32,000 bases of DNA. Origin: an uncultured Chloroflexia bacterium. GTDB taxonomy: Bacteria > Chloroflexota > Anaerolineae > Anaerolineales > Anaerolineaceae. Shown piece by piece: positions 1 to 8,256 of this stretch. The stretch is from the NCBI GenBank assembly GCA_963704755.1, contig OY969938.1, positions 4,620,001 through 4,652,000 of the forward strand, written 5' to 3'. The notes beneath the pieces were generated by a model that was not told the DNA's origin, searched no databases, and saw only the letters and a list, made by a program, of their open reading frames with translations. Positions within the stretch are counted from its first letter, which is position 1. Each line of letters starts with the position of its first letter. The translations under genes were made by a program, and so were the position numbers.

Positions 1-849
1 ATGCCTTATGGTGACCTGGTCAAACAGGCGGTTCAACGTTTTGCCGACTACAGCGACCTGGACAAGCATGACTGCACGATCGAGGAACGCGAGGAATATG
101 AACCCCACCTGGATAACGGGGTGATCGTCTATGCCGGTGTGGATTACGAGAAGATTTTGCGCCAGGCCGAGCAAGAGGTCGATATCATCCTCTGGGACGG
201 CGGCAACAACGATTTTTCATTCTATAAAGAGGACCTGTCTATTGTCGTGGCGGATCCGCATCGCGCCGGGCATGAACTCCGTTATCACCCCGGTGAAACC
301 AACGTGCGCAAGGCGGATGTATTCGTGATCAACAAAGTGGATACGGCCAATGCTGACGCCGTTTTCAGCGTGCGCGAGAACTTGCATTCGGTTAACCCGA
401 ATGCCGTGATCATCGAGGCCGCCTCCCCTCTGTTCGTGGACGACCCGGATGCCATCCGCGGTAAACGGGTGCTGGTCATCGAGGATGGCCCGACCCTGAC
501 CCACGGCGAGATGACTTACGGGGCCGGCTGGGTCGCTGCGCGCCGCTTCGGTGCCGCTGAAATCGTCGATCCCCGTCCGTTCGCGGTCGGCTCGATCCAG
601 GCGACCTACGCAAAATATTCCAAGACCGGCCCAATTCTGCCGGCAATGGGTTACGGGGCCGAGCAGATGCACGACCTGGAAGCCACAATCAATGATTCGG
701 ATGTGGACATGGTTCTATCCGCCACGCCGATCGACCTGACCCGGGTGATCAAGGTGTCTAAACCCATGCAGCGCGTCCGTTACGAACTGCAGGAAATTGG
801 CTACCCCACCCTGGAAGATGTTTTGAAGGAAAAGTTTGGGAAGGAATAA
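1..849 (+). CDS. COG2403-type predicted GTPase / cyclic 2,3-diphosphoglycerate synthetase-like protein, C-terminal part (5' end lies outside the window)
   Basis: The ORF is open from base 1 and the sequence looks mid-protein. Family-like stretches include DIILWDGGNNDF, ADVFVINKVD and VLVIEDGPTLTHGEM. Stop codon at 847-849. Confidence 0.55.
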   Translation: MPYGDLVKQAVQRFADYSDLDKHDCTIEEREEYEPHLDNGVIVYAGVDYEKILRQAEQEVDIILWDGGNNDFSFYKEDLSIVVADPHRAGHELRYHPGETNVRKADVFVINKVDTANADAVFSVRENLHSVNPNAVIIEAASPLFVDDPDAIRGKRVLVIEDGPTLTHGEMTYGAGWVAARRFGAAEIVDPRPFAVGSIQATYAKYSKTGPILPAMGYGAEQMHDLEATINDSDVDMVLSATPIDLTRVIKVSKPMQRVRYELQEIGYPTLEDVLKEKFGKE

Positions 850-1058
850 GAGATAATGGAGAAAAGAGAGTAGAGAATAGTTGATCATGGATAAGGTGCC
901 AGGGCTATAAGGCGATAGGCAAAGAGGAAAAGTGATCTGACTAAAGCGAGCAAGCCTTTTCACAAAATAATTCCTTAAGAATTGCTTTTTCACTTGTCGA
1001 CTGGTTACCTAATTTCCTTATAGACTTTTTTCTACTCTCTAATTTCTAATCTCTTCCT
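848..1058. repeat. Imperfect inverted repeats of about 33 nt bracketing an AT-rich spacer of about 145 bp (MITE-like insertion or long-range stem in the obg leader)
   Basis: Left arm 848-880 is AAGAGATAATGGAGAAAAGAGAGTAGAGAATAG. The reverse complement of 1025-1057 is GGAAGAGATTAGAAATTAGAGAGTAGAAAAAAG. They share AAGAGAT and AGAGAGTAGA cores. The spacer is much more AT-rich than the flanking genes. Confidence 0.3.
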
Positions 1059-1061
1059 GCT

Positions 1062-2330
1062 ATGTTAATTGACGAAGCTGAAATCTACGTACAGTCTGGC
1101 AAAGGCGGAGATGGGTTTGTCCATTTCCACCGGGAGAAATACGTTAACCGGGGCGGCCCGGATGGTGGCGATGGCGGCCATGGCGCTGACGTGATCCTTG
1201 AGGTCGTGCCCACCCTGAATACGCTGGTCAACTTCCGCTTCAAGCGGAAGTATATTGCTCCCAGCGGTGAAAAAGGCGGAGTCAATAACATGACCGGCAA
1301 ATCAGCCGAGAACCTGGTGATCCAGGTTCCTCCCGGCACAATTGTGCACGACGCGGACAGTGGTGAGCTGTTAGGTGACCTGACCGAACCGCACCAGCAG
1401 TTGACCGTGTGTAAAGGCGGCCGCGGCGGCCGCGGCAACACTCATTTTGCCACCTCGCGCGACCAGGCCCCGCGTACCGCCGAAAAAGGTGTGCCGGCCG
1501 AGCAACACAACCTGCGCCTGGAGCTGAAGTTGATCGCCGATATCGGCATTGTCGGCGTACCCAATGCGGGTAAATCCAGCCTGCTGGCAGCCGTGACGAA
1601 CGCGAACCCAAAAATTGCCGACTACCCCTTCACCACTCTGGAGCCCAACCTGGGCGTGGCCGAGCTGGATTTAGACACCAGCCTGGTCCTGGCCGATATT
1701 CCCGGGTTGATCGAAGGCGCCCACCATGGGGTGGGGTTGGGTGATTCATTTTTGCGCCACATCCAGCGGACCCGTGTGCTTATCCACGTGTTGGACGGCA
1801 TGTCCGAAGATCCACTGGCGGATTATTCACAGATCAACACCGAACTGGCCCTGTTCGACCCCGACCTGGCGCGTAAACCGGTACTGGTGGCGTTGAATAA
1901 ATTCGACATGCCCGAAGTGCAGCAGCGCTGGCCCGAAATCCAAAAAGTGCTGAAGTCCAAAGGGGTCAACGACCCCATGTGTATATCGGCCCTGGCACGC
2001 ACCGGCCTGGACGCCTTGCTGCGTAAAAGCCTGGAATTGCTACAAAATGCGCCCGAACCGGAAGTCGTGCGTGAGTTGCCGGTTTACCGGGCCGAGGAAG
2101 ATCCGCGGGCTTACAAGATCGAAAAAACTCCCGATGGCGGATACAAAGTGAACGGCGTGGCTATCGAGCGGGCGGCGGCGATGACTTACTGGGAATTCGA
2201 AGGATCGGTGAGACGTTTCCAGCGCCTGATCGAGAGCATGGGTATCGAAGACGAACTCCGTCAAATGGGCATCCAGAACGGCGATACCGTTTACATTGGG
2301 GAAGATTACGAGCTGGAGTGGCAGGAATAG
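1062..2330 (+). CDS. obg: GTPase Obg/CgtA with C-terminal OCT domain
   Basis: Glycine-rich Obg fold at the N-terminus (GKGGDGFVHFHREKYVNRGGPDGGDGGHGADV). G1 motif GVPNAGKSS, G3 motif DIPGLIEGA, G4 motif NKFD. OCT-like C-terminus. Confidence 0.95.
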   Translation: MLIDEAEIYVQSGKGGDGFVHFHREKYVNRGGPDGGDGGHGADVILEVVPTLNTLVNFRFKRKYIAPSGEKGGVNNMTGKSAENLVIQVPPGTIVHDADSGELLGDLTEPHQQLTVCKGGRGGRGNTHFATSRDQAPRTAEKGVPAEQHNLRLELKLIADIGIVGVPNAGKSSLLAAVTNANPKIADYPFTTLEPNLGVAELDLDTSLVLADIPGLIEGAHHGVGLGDSFLRHIQRTRVLIHVLDGMSEDPLADYSQINTELALFDPDLARKPVLVALNKFDMPEVQQRWPEIQKVLKSKGVNDPMCISALARTGLDALLRKSLELLQNAPEPEVVRELPVYRAEEDPRAYKIEKTPDGGYKVNGVAIERAAAMTYWEFEGSVRRFQRLIESMGIEDELRQMGIQNGDTVYIGEDYELEWQE

Positions 2331-2335
2331 CCAGT

Positions 2336-2959
2336 ATGGCGCGCATTGGCATCTTCGGCGGTACCTTCGACCCACCCCACGTCGGGCATCTCATCCTGGC
2401 GGATGAAGCGCTGTCACAGCTTGGCCTGGACCGTCTGCTGTGGGTGCTGACCCCTAACCCGCCCCACAAACGCGACCAACAGCTTACTCCCCTGGACCTG
2501 CGCCTGGAAATGCTTGAAGCGGTCATCCGCGACGACCGGCGTTTCGAGCTTTCGCGGGTCGAAATGGACCGGCCCGGGCCGCACTTTGCGGTTGATACGG
2601 TTCATTTATTAGCGGAGCAAATGCCTGGCGCCGAACTGGTATACCTGATCGGCGGCGATTCGCTGCACGATCTGCCTACCTGGCACGAGCCGCACCAGTT
2701 TCTGGCAGCACTATCTGCCCTGGGCGTGATGCGCCGGCCGGGCGATGCGATCGACCTGGCCACATTGGAAGCTGACTTGCCTGGCATCGAACACAAGGTC
2801 AAGTTTATCGAAGCGCCACTGTTAGAAATCGCGTCCCACCAGATACGTGACCGGATTATGGCCGGCAGCGGTTACCGCTATTACCTGCCGCCACAGATCT
2901 ATCAGATCATCGAACGGGAGTACCTGTACCGCCCGAAGCAAGCCAATCCGATTAAATAG
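2336..2959 (+). CDS. nadD: Nicotinate-nucleotide adenylyltransferase
   Basis: IGIFGGTFDPPHVGHL is the (H/T)xGH nucleotidyltransferase motif. ATG 2336 lies 8 nt after AGGAA and just after the obg stop. The ORF track starts at GTG 2318. Confidence 0.9.
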   Translation: MARIGIFGGTFDPPHVGHLILADEALSQLGLDRLLWVLTPNPPHKRDQQLTPLDLRLEMLEAVIRDDRRFELSRVEMDRPGPHFAVDTVHLLAEQMPGAELVYLIGGDSLHDLPTWHEPHQFLAALSALGVMRRPGDAIDLATLEADLPGIEHKVKFIEAPLLEIASHQIRDRIMAGSGYRYYLPPQIYQIIEREYLYRPKQANPIK

Positions 2960-2973
2960 CTAATGAAGTAAGC

Positions 2974-3999
2974 ATGCAAAATAATCCAAAACCAATAACC
3001 GCGAAAATCCCCGCCATACACCAGAATATACCCGCAGGGGGCGGCCGGGTCGATTATTCGGGCCGTACGGGGTTTAAACCAAAACCGGTGTGGATTGCCG
3101 GTTTGATTTTGATATTCAGCCTGGCCCTGATTTTGTCGGCTTGCTCGTCGAACAACAATTCGGCGGACAATGCGGATATCACACCCACTCCAACCTTAGC
3201 CATTGTGACCAAAGATAATTACAGCCTGGAGGCAGATCGCACCTGCGACCTGGTGGACCTGATCCCAATTCACAGCGACAAGCCCCAGGGAACGATGATT
3301 GCCTGGGCTCCGGATGGGCACCATCTGGCTTACGTAGCGCCGGCCGACCGTTTCTGGGGCTGGTATGAAGGTGACCTGGTCATCTATGATGTGGACGGCC
3401 GGAAAGAATTGCAATCCACCCGCGACGTACGAGTGGCCGGAGATATAACCTGGTCGCCAGACGGTACCAAGATTGCCTTCATTGCCTTGCATTCACCCGA
3501 AAATCGCTACACCGTCGAGATCTATAACCTGTCCGATGGCTCCCTGACCGATCTGTACCCGGACTTGCCGGCGACGGATAGTTTTGCCAGCCTGAAAGGA
3601 ATTGATGACTGGACCAGTAATACCACGCTGGACGTCAGCGAGACCTGTGGGATCGACTGTGTGGACGTGGTGGAGCATGACCTGACGACTGGCCAGGAGC
3701 AAAAAATCAAAGAGATCCGCGGCGATGAGGATACCAGCTTGAAGGTGATCACGAACCAGCAGTTCGCCACCAGCGATTTGCAATGGCTGTTGGCCAACTG
3801 GTCACCGGATATCAATTGGGTAGTCTTTGCAGATAGCAAAGATGTGGTCTGGATGGCCCAACCCAAGCAGCAGGTAAAATTTCCAATCGATATCCAAAAT
3901 GACGAGATGCAGGAATCGGCCTGGTCGCCGGATTCGCAGTACGTTGCCGTGCGCGGCCTGGAGCACATCTTTGTTTTTTCGGTGAATTGTAAAAAATAG
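2974..3999 (+). CDS. Lipoprotein with PD40/WD40-like beta-propeller repeats (TolB-like periplasmic domain)
   Basis: Hydrophobic segment ending in the lipobox LSAC. Repeated W(A/S)PDG motifs (WAPDGHHLAY, WSPDGTKIAF, WSPDINWV, WSPDSQYVA). The true start is uncertain. Confidence 0.6.
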   Translation: MQNNPKPITAKIPAIHQNIPAGGGRVDYSGRTGFKPKPVWIAGLILIFSLALILSACSSNNNSADNADITPTPTLAIVTKDNYSLEADRTCDLVDLIPIHSDKPQGTMIAWAPDGHHLAYVAPADRFWGWYEGDLVIYDVDGRKELQSTRDVRVAGDITWSPDGTKIAFIALHSPENRYTVEIYNLSDGSLTDLYPDLPATDSFASLKGIDDWTSNTTLDVSETCGIDCVDVVEHDLTTGQEQKIKEIRGDEDTSLKVITNQQFATSDLQWLLANWSPDINWVVFADSKDVVWMAQPKQQVKFPIDIQNDEMQESAWSPDSQYVAVRGLEHIFVFSVNCKK

Positions 4000-4008
4000 G
4001 TAGCCAGA

Positions 4009-4071
4009 ATACAGGATAAAAAAAACATGCCGCGGGCGTTGTTCGCCCGCGGCATGTTTTTTATCCTGTAT
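4009..4071. terminator. Bidirectional intrinsic terminator between convergent genes
   Basis: ATACAGGATAAAAAAAACATGCCGCGGGCG / loop TTGTT / CGCCCGCGGCATGTTTTTTATCCTGTAT. GC-rich core stem with an A-run on one side and a T-run on the other. Confidence 0.8.
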
Positions 4072-4073
4072 TG

Positions 4074-4925
4074 TTATTGTGAAACCAGGTCCAGGTTGCC
4101 GAGGCCCATATCCAGGGTGACATAAATCGTCGGGCCGGAGCCTTGGGTCGTGTAGACGTTGTTGGAGATATTCCAGCTCCCGGTCGGTTGGACGTTGTTC
4201 AACCCGCCGGTAATCGTGATTTCTGATGCGGTTCCCACAGGAATGTAGATCTTCAGGTTACACACACCAACTTTGGCAATCACGTTCATGTCCGCGGTCA
4301 GGTCGCCAGAAAAATCCAGGGTGTAAGATCCGGCGCCGCCGTCAAAACTGACATTGGCTGCCCGGGAATTGGCTAAACCGTACAAACTGATCTCGGAGGC
4401 GCCGGTCTTGTATTCCAGCGTCTGCATGGCGACCAGGTTGGGCTCGTCGAAGCGCACCTTGGCCTGGCTGGCGCCATCGGAGATGTACAGGTTTTCGAGG
4501 GATAACCCTCCCAGGTCGAGGGTGCCTTGATACGCGCCGGCTTGAATGTTAAGGTCCATCGGGACCGAACCCAGTTTGAAAATCCAATCGTTGACCACAT
4601 TCTTGGTGGAAATGTGGAGCGTATCGATGTTGGACTGCTGGATGGTGACATCGTCCTGGTTGGCTACCAGTTGTGGCTTCCAGTCGGATATGTTGTATTG
4701 CACATCGCCTTCGACCAATCCCTCGGATCCGCCGGAAACGTTGAGCGTACCGGCGCCTATCTTGATGGTGACCGAGTGCTGGCCGTCCGGATTTTCGACC
4801 GGTTGGTTAGCCGACCAGGTTTCAGTCGGCCCTACGTTTGATTGGGGCAAATTGACACTGACCGAACAGGCGACGCTGCTCAGGATCAGGATGGCGACCA
4901 GGAGAAAGATTGAGTACTTCTTCAT
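4074..4925 (-). CDS. Secreted beta-rich protein, DUF4097/toast-rack (LiaG/YvlB-like) type
   Basis: N-terminal signal peptide (MKKYSIFLLVAILILSSVAC). Repetitive G/S/N/V beta-strand pattern. Last gene of the ECF sigma operon. Confidence 0.5.
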   Translation of the reverse strand: MKKYSIFLLVAILILSSVACSVSVNLPQSNVGPTETWSANQPVENPDGQHSVTIKIGAGTLNVSGGSEGLVEGDVQYNISDWKPQLVANQDDVTIQQSNIDTLHISTKNVVNDWIFKLGSVPMDLNIQAGAYQGTLDLGGLSLENLYISDGASQAKVRFDEPNLVAMQTLEYKTGASEISLYGLANSRAANVSFDGGAGSYTLDFSGDLTADMNVIAKVGVCNLKIYIPVGTASEITITGGLNNVQPTGSWNISNNVYTTQGSGPTIYVTLDMGLGNLDLVSQ

Positions 4926-4951
4926 AATGAATCCTTCGCAGGTTCGAGAGA

Positions 4952-6073
4952 TTAAGGCTGCATTTCGTTTGGCGAGTCAGGTGCGGGGGATTCGGGTTCC
5001 ATCCGCGGCTCGTGAATATCGATGACCGGGCCGGCAGGAGAACTGGGGCCAAACGGTTGGGGAACGGTGCGAATAGTGGCGTTACCGCCAGGCCCGCCGG
5101 GTTCGTAAATGGTTGTGCCAAACCGGCTGAGGACCACGCCGCCCAGCCCCAGGCTGGCCACCACCACGGTGAGCAACCCGCCCAGGCAGAAGGCATAATT
5201 CAACAGCCAGACCGCCAGGCCTATGGCCAGTGTTCCCAAACCGGTGACCACAGCATCGGCCCAATGGGCCTTGAAGAGAACTTCGAGCCGTTCACCCAGG
5301 TAGGTACCCGCGGCTATCCAGCCGAACAAGGCGGCCAGGGCAAATATAATCGCGCCAATCAGGGTCAAGGGGATCAGGATTATGGTAATCGTGAGGATCA
5401 CCAGTAAGATCGGGAAGACGATGGCGGTCAGGATGCCGACCCCACCGCTCAAAAGGGGCTGGGCCGAAATGGTCCTGGTTACCGTTTTGACCGGCTTGGG
5501 CAGAATCAGGACCACGACCAGGGCCAATAAGGCGATCCCGAAAACCTTGAGGATGTTGAGCAAGCCGCCGGCAATAGCCCGGCCAAAGGCATGTAAAGCA
5601 CCGCTGCCGGCCGCCTGGCCGTTCAGGTTGAACTGGTCCAGGTTGAACAGGAGGGCACTGCGGCTGAGGGTGCGAATGCTGCCCTTGATGGTCGCCTGGT
5701 TCTCACCAGAAACGTTACCTCCGAAGGTTACAATGTCACCCATAACGACGGCTGTATCATTCAGCGATACGTTTCCTCCCAGAATACTGATCGTTCCCGT
5801 AACGGTTCCGGCCAGGTTGAGATTTCCGCCAACAATGGCGACATCACCGTTTACGGTAGCTCCGTCCTGTACTTCGGCGTTTCCTCCGAGCACAACCAGG
5901 GTACCGTTCAAAACCTGATCGGTTTTGAGGGTGTAGTTATTCCCCAGTACCAGTTGGTCGCCGGAGAAAGTTTGCGTTCCCGGGTTAGGTGTTTGCGCGA
6001 AAACCGTTACCGGTAAAGCGAACAAAATACCCAGGATGAGCAAAACAGGAAGGAATTTGATCACGTTTTTCAT
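4952..6073 (-). CDS. Membrane protein with signal peptide, extracytoplasmic G/N/V-rich beta-helix-like repeats, multi-TM C-terminal half and a Pro/Gly-rich tail
   Basis: Signal peptide MKNVIKFLPVLLILGILFALPVTVFA. Repeats such as VVLGGNAEVQDGATVNGDVAIVGGNLNLAGTVTG. Several long hydrophobic segments. Its start overlaps the anti-sigma stop by 4 nt. Confidence 0.5.
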   Translation of the reverse strand: MKNVIKFLPVLLILGILFALPVTVFAQTPNPGTQTFSGDQLVLGNNYTLKTDQVLNGTLVVLGGNAEVQDGATVNGDVAIVGGNLNLAGTVTGTISILGGNVSLNDTAVVMGDIVTFGGNVSGENQATIKGSIRTLSRSALLFNLDQFNLNGQAAGSGALHAFGRAIAGGLLNILKVFGIALLALVVVLILPKPVKTVTRTISAQPLLSGGVGILTAIVFPILLVILTITIILIPLTLIGAIIFALAALFGWIAAGTYLGERLEVLFKAHWADAVVTGLGTLAIGLAVWLLNYAFCLGGLLTVVVASLGLGGVVLSRFGTTIYEPGGPGGNATIRTVPQPFGPSSPAGPVIDIHEPRMEPESPAPDSPNEMQP

Positions 6074-6606
6074 TTATCCGTTACTCCTTGACGTTTGATC
6101 CGCAATAGTGTCAAAACCCAGGGTGTGAGCAACAAAAACGTCCAAAATACGATTAACGCGCCGGTAATAGCGAAAACCGGCGCAGGAATCTTGACGATCC
6201 AGAAGGATATGATGAAACGAAACTCGATCAGCCTTTGGGGAGCGTAGGTGATGAATTGAATTAAGGAGCCGATTAATTTCGTCAGTGAATAATGCGAGAG
6301 GAAATTTGCCAGAAAAATTCCGCTGGAGGTCAAAATAGCCCCCAGGAGGATGAGAATGACCGTTCGTATTTGCCGGCGTTGTTCTTCTTTTCTGCGGCGG
6401 GCCAGGTTGGCCTGGAAGCGGTCAGTAAATCCGATGGGGGCTAGCTGGATAGGGGTTTCTTCGAGAATCCGGTCGAGCCTCACCAGTGAAACGGAAAGCT
6501 GGCGGCATTGGGAGCACGTTTGGAGGTGTTGGCTCAACGCTCCTTTTTGCTCGGGGGTCAATTCCTCCGGTTCTATTAACCAGGTGTCAAAAGGCTGGTG
6601 ATTCAT
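6070..6606 (-). CDS. Anti-sigma factor (zf-HC2 type) with C-terminal TM segments
   Basis: HLQTCSQCRQ matches the Hx3Cx2C motif. The gene lies immediately downstream of the ECF sigma gene. ATG 6606 is preceded by GGAGAAAGG. The ORF track starts at 6630. Confidence 0.7.
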   Translation of the reverse strand: MNHQPFDTWLIEPEELTPEQKGALSQHLQTCSQCRQLSVSLVRLDRILEETPIQLAPIGFTDRFQANLARRRKEEQRRQIRTVILILLGAILTSSGIFLANFLSHYSLTKLIGSLIQFITYAPQRLIEFRFIISFWIVKIPAPVFAITGALIVFWTFLLLTPWVLTLLRIKRQGVTDK

Positions 6607-6640
6607 CTTGAATCCTTTCTCCAGGTACATCCTGTTCGGC

Positions 6641-7210
6641 TTAAATCAGGGCTGCTAATTTAAGCCGGGCGCGATGCAGGCGGCTTTTTACTGCACTGCC
6701 AGACATTTTTAGAGCCTGGCTTATTTCTTCCTCAGAAAACTCATACCAGTAGCGTAAAATTAACGCTGCTCGATCTTGTGGGTTTAATTCGGCCAGGAGC
6801 CGGTGAAGGGCCTGGTTCTGCTGATTCTGGCTGCTGACGTGTTCTGGGCTGGGTTCATTGTCCGGCAAGATTTCTTCCATCCAATCTTCGATATCCATAG
6901 ATGGCAAACGTCGTTTACGTTGCAAGTCGATGCAGTAATGGGCAGCAATCGAGAGCAGCCAGGTCGCGAAAGGGCGGGAGTTATCGTAACGGCGAATAGC
7001 CTGATAAGACCGCCAGAATGTTTCCTGAGCGGCATCTTCAGCTTCTTGAGGGTTCCCCAACATCCGGTAACAAAGGTTATATACCGGGTTTTGATATTGG
7101 GTTACAAGATTGGAGAAGGCCTCATCATCGCCGTTTTGTGCGCCAATGATCCAATCGGTTTCGCTGCTGGTCACCAAAGGTTCCTGTACCTTTCTATTGT
7201 CTATGACCAT
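6641..7210 (-). CDS. ECF-family RNA polymerase sigma factor (sigma-70 regions 2 and 4)
   Basis: Region 2 is recognisable (FSNLVTQYQNPVYNLCYRMLGNPQEAEDAAQETFWRSY, WLLSIAAHYCIDLQRKR). Region 4 HTH is recognisable (ALILRYWYEFSEEEISQALKMSGSAVKSRLHRAR). Confidence 0.9.
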   Translation of the reverse strand: MVIDNRKVQEPLVTSSETDWIIGAQNGDDEAFSNLVTQYQNPVYNLCYRMLGNPQEAEDAAQETFWRSYQAIRRYDNSRPFATWLLSIAAHYCIDLQRKRRLPSMDIEDWMEEILPDNEPSPEHVSSQNQQNQALHRLLAELNPQDRAALILRYWYEFSEEEISQALKMSGSAVKSRLHRARLKLAALI

Positions 7211-7460
7211 ATACGGATAATTCTTATCGGGGTTTCAGGATTGGTGGGAAATAATAGATTTCTTAACTTATTTTCATCTTACCAAAATTTTACCGCAGGG
7301 ATTATAACCCATCCTTGTTTTCAAGGTAGGAGTTCTTCACAGCTTTCGGAGGGGGCTAAATGGGATTCAATGCACTTGCCAGGTCGGGCTATCGGAGATA
7401 GGTAGCGACATTGTTTTTCGATAACGCGTCCCGATAAAGGTAAAATTGATTATGCTGCAA

Positions 7461-7520
7461 TTAAATTATGTCTATTGTTGTGTATAATAATTACACAGAT
7501 TGTGGTGCGATATTCTGTGT
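7461..7520 (+). promoter_or_regulatory. Putative TA promoter/operator
   Basis: TATAAT at 7483-7488 sits inside the palindrome TGTGTA-N7-TACACA (7479-7497). A second inverted pair is ACACAGA (7493-7499) / TCTGTGT (7514-7520). There is only a weak -35 (TTAAAT, 7461-7466). Confidence 0.35.
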
Positions 7521-7534
7521 ATTACGAGGTACCC

Positions 7535-7781
7535 ATGAGTGATTACGTAAGAACCCAAATTTTGCTAGATAAAAAACAGCGTTTCCAGTTGGATGAAATT
7601 GCCGAGAAGACCGGCGTTTCATTATCAGAAGTTGGTCCGTGAATTTCTGAATGCGCAGATACACGCCCGCACCTATGATGAAATGCGGCTTGCCGCAGAA
7701 AAGCTTTCCGAAGATTATGCAAACAATGAAGACCTGGTCGATATGACCGCATTGGATGGCGAGGATTTTATCAATGGATAG
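7535..7781 (+). pseudogene. Ribbon-helix-helix (MazE/CopG-like) antitoxin interrupted by a 1-nt frameshift
   Basis: Frame A from ATG 7535 (SD GAGGT) gives MSDYVRTQILLDKKQRFQLDEIAEKTGVSLSEVGP*, with its stop at 7640-7642. The next frame continues as (E)LVREFLNAQIHARTYDEMRLAAEKLSEDYANNEDLVDMTALDGEDFING and ends in ATGGATAG, overlapping the toxin start. Confidence 0.65.
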
Positions 7782-8124
7782 AGGGGAGGTTTGGTTGATT
7801 AATTTGGATCCAACCGTGGGGGCTGAAATCAGAAAATCGCGCCCGGTGGTGGTTGTCAGCAGTAATGCGGTCGGAATTCTTCCCCTGCGCGTAGTTGTGC
7901 CGCTCACCGACTGGAAAGACCGTTACGAGCAGGCGACCTGGATGGTGAAAATAAGCCCTAATGCTGGTAACAGACTGGCTAAAGATTCTGCTGCAGATAC
8001 CTTCCAAATACGATCGGTTTCTACAAACCGGTTTATTCAGAAAATGGGTGAAATCAGCCCGGAGATGTTGGATCAAATTGTTCGTGCCATTGGACTGGTG
8101 GTTGAGTATCCGCAAAACGATTAG
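7774..8124 (+). CDS. mazF: MazF/PemK-family endoribonuclease toxin
   Basis: MDRGEVWLINLDPTVGAEIRKSRPVVVVS is the typical PemK/MazF N-terminus. ATG 7774 overlaps the antitoxin stop. The ORF track starts at 7756. Confidence 0.85.
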   Translation: MDRGEVWLINLDPTVGAEIRKSRPVVVVSSNAVGILPLRVVVPLTDWKDRYEQATWMVKISPNAGNRLAKDSAADTFQIRSVSTNRFIQKMGEISPEMLDQIVRAIGLVVEYPQND

Positions 8125-8177
8125 ACATAAAATAGAGGAAGGGCCGGCGTCGCCGGCCCTTCCTCTATTTTATGTCT
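8123..8177 (+). terminator. Intrinsic terminator, perfect 27-bp palindrome
   Basis: AGACATAAAATAGAGGAAGGGCCGGCG t CGCCGGCCCTTCCTCTATTTTATGTCT, followed by a T-rich tract. It starts at the mazF stop codon. Confidence 0.8.
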
Positions 8178-8256
8178 TTGCCTTTTCGTTGGTCTTGCGG
8201 TGAGGTAAAATTGGCCCGGTGCTTTGCGCCGAAAAGCCAACGAGAAGGTCAACAGA

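Noticed and set aside
217-672. Long antisense or alternative-frame ORFs in the GC-rich left block (for example 217-672 -, 1085-1441 -, 2161-2526 -, 5382-5918 +, 8733-9113 +, 9639-10283 +, 10757-11233 -).
   Set aside because: They overlap well-supported genes (GTPase, obg, nadD, membrane protein, galT, DMT, DinB). Their translations are Arg/Pro/Gly-rich and low-complexity, as expected for stop-poor GC-rich DNA, and they lack start-site signals.
7491-7907. 138-aa minus-strand ORF covering the TA locus.
   Set aside because: It is antisense to the mazE-like and mazF genes, which have clear family motifs, an SD and the typical ATGGATAG overlap. Its translation has no recognisable features.
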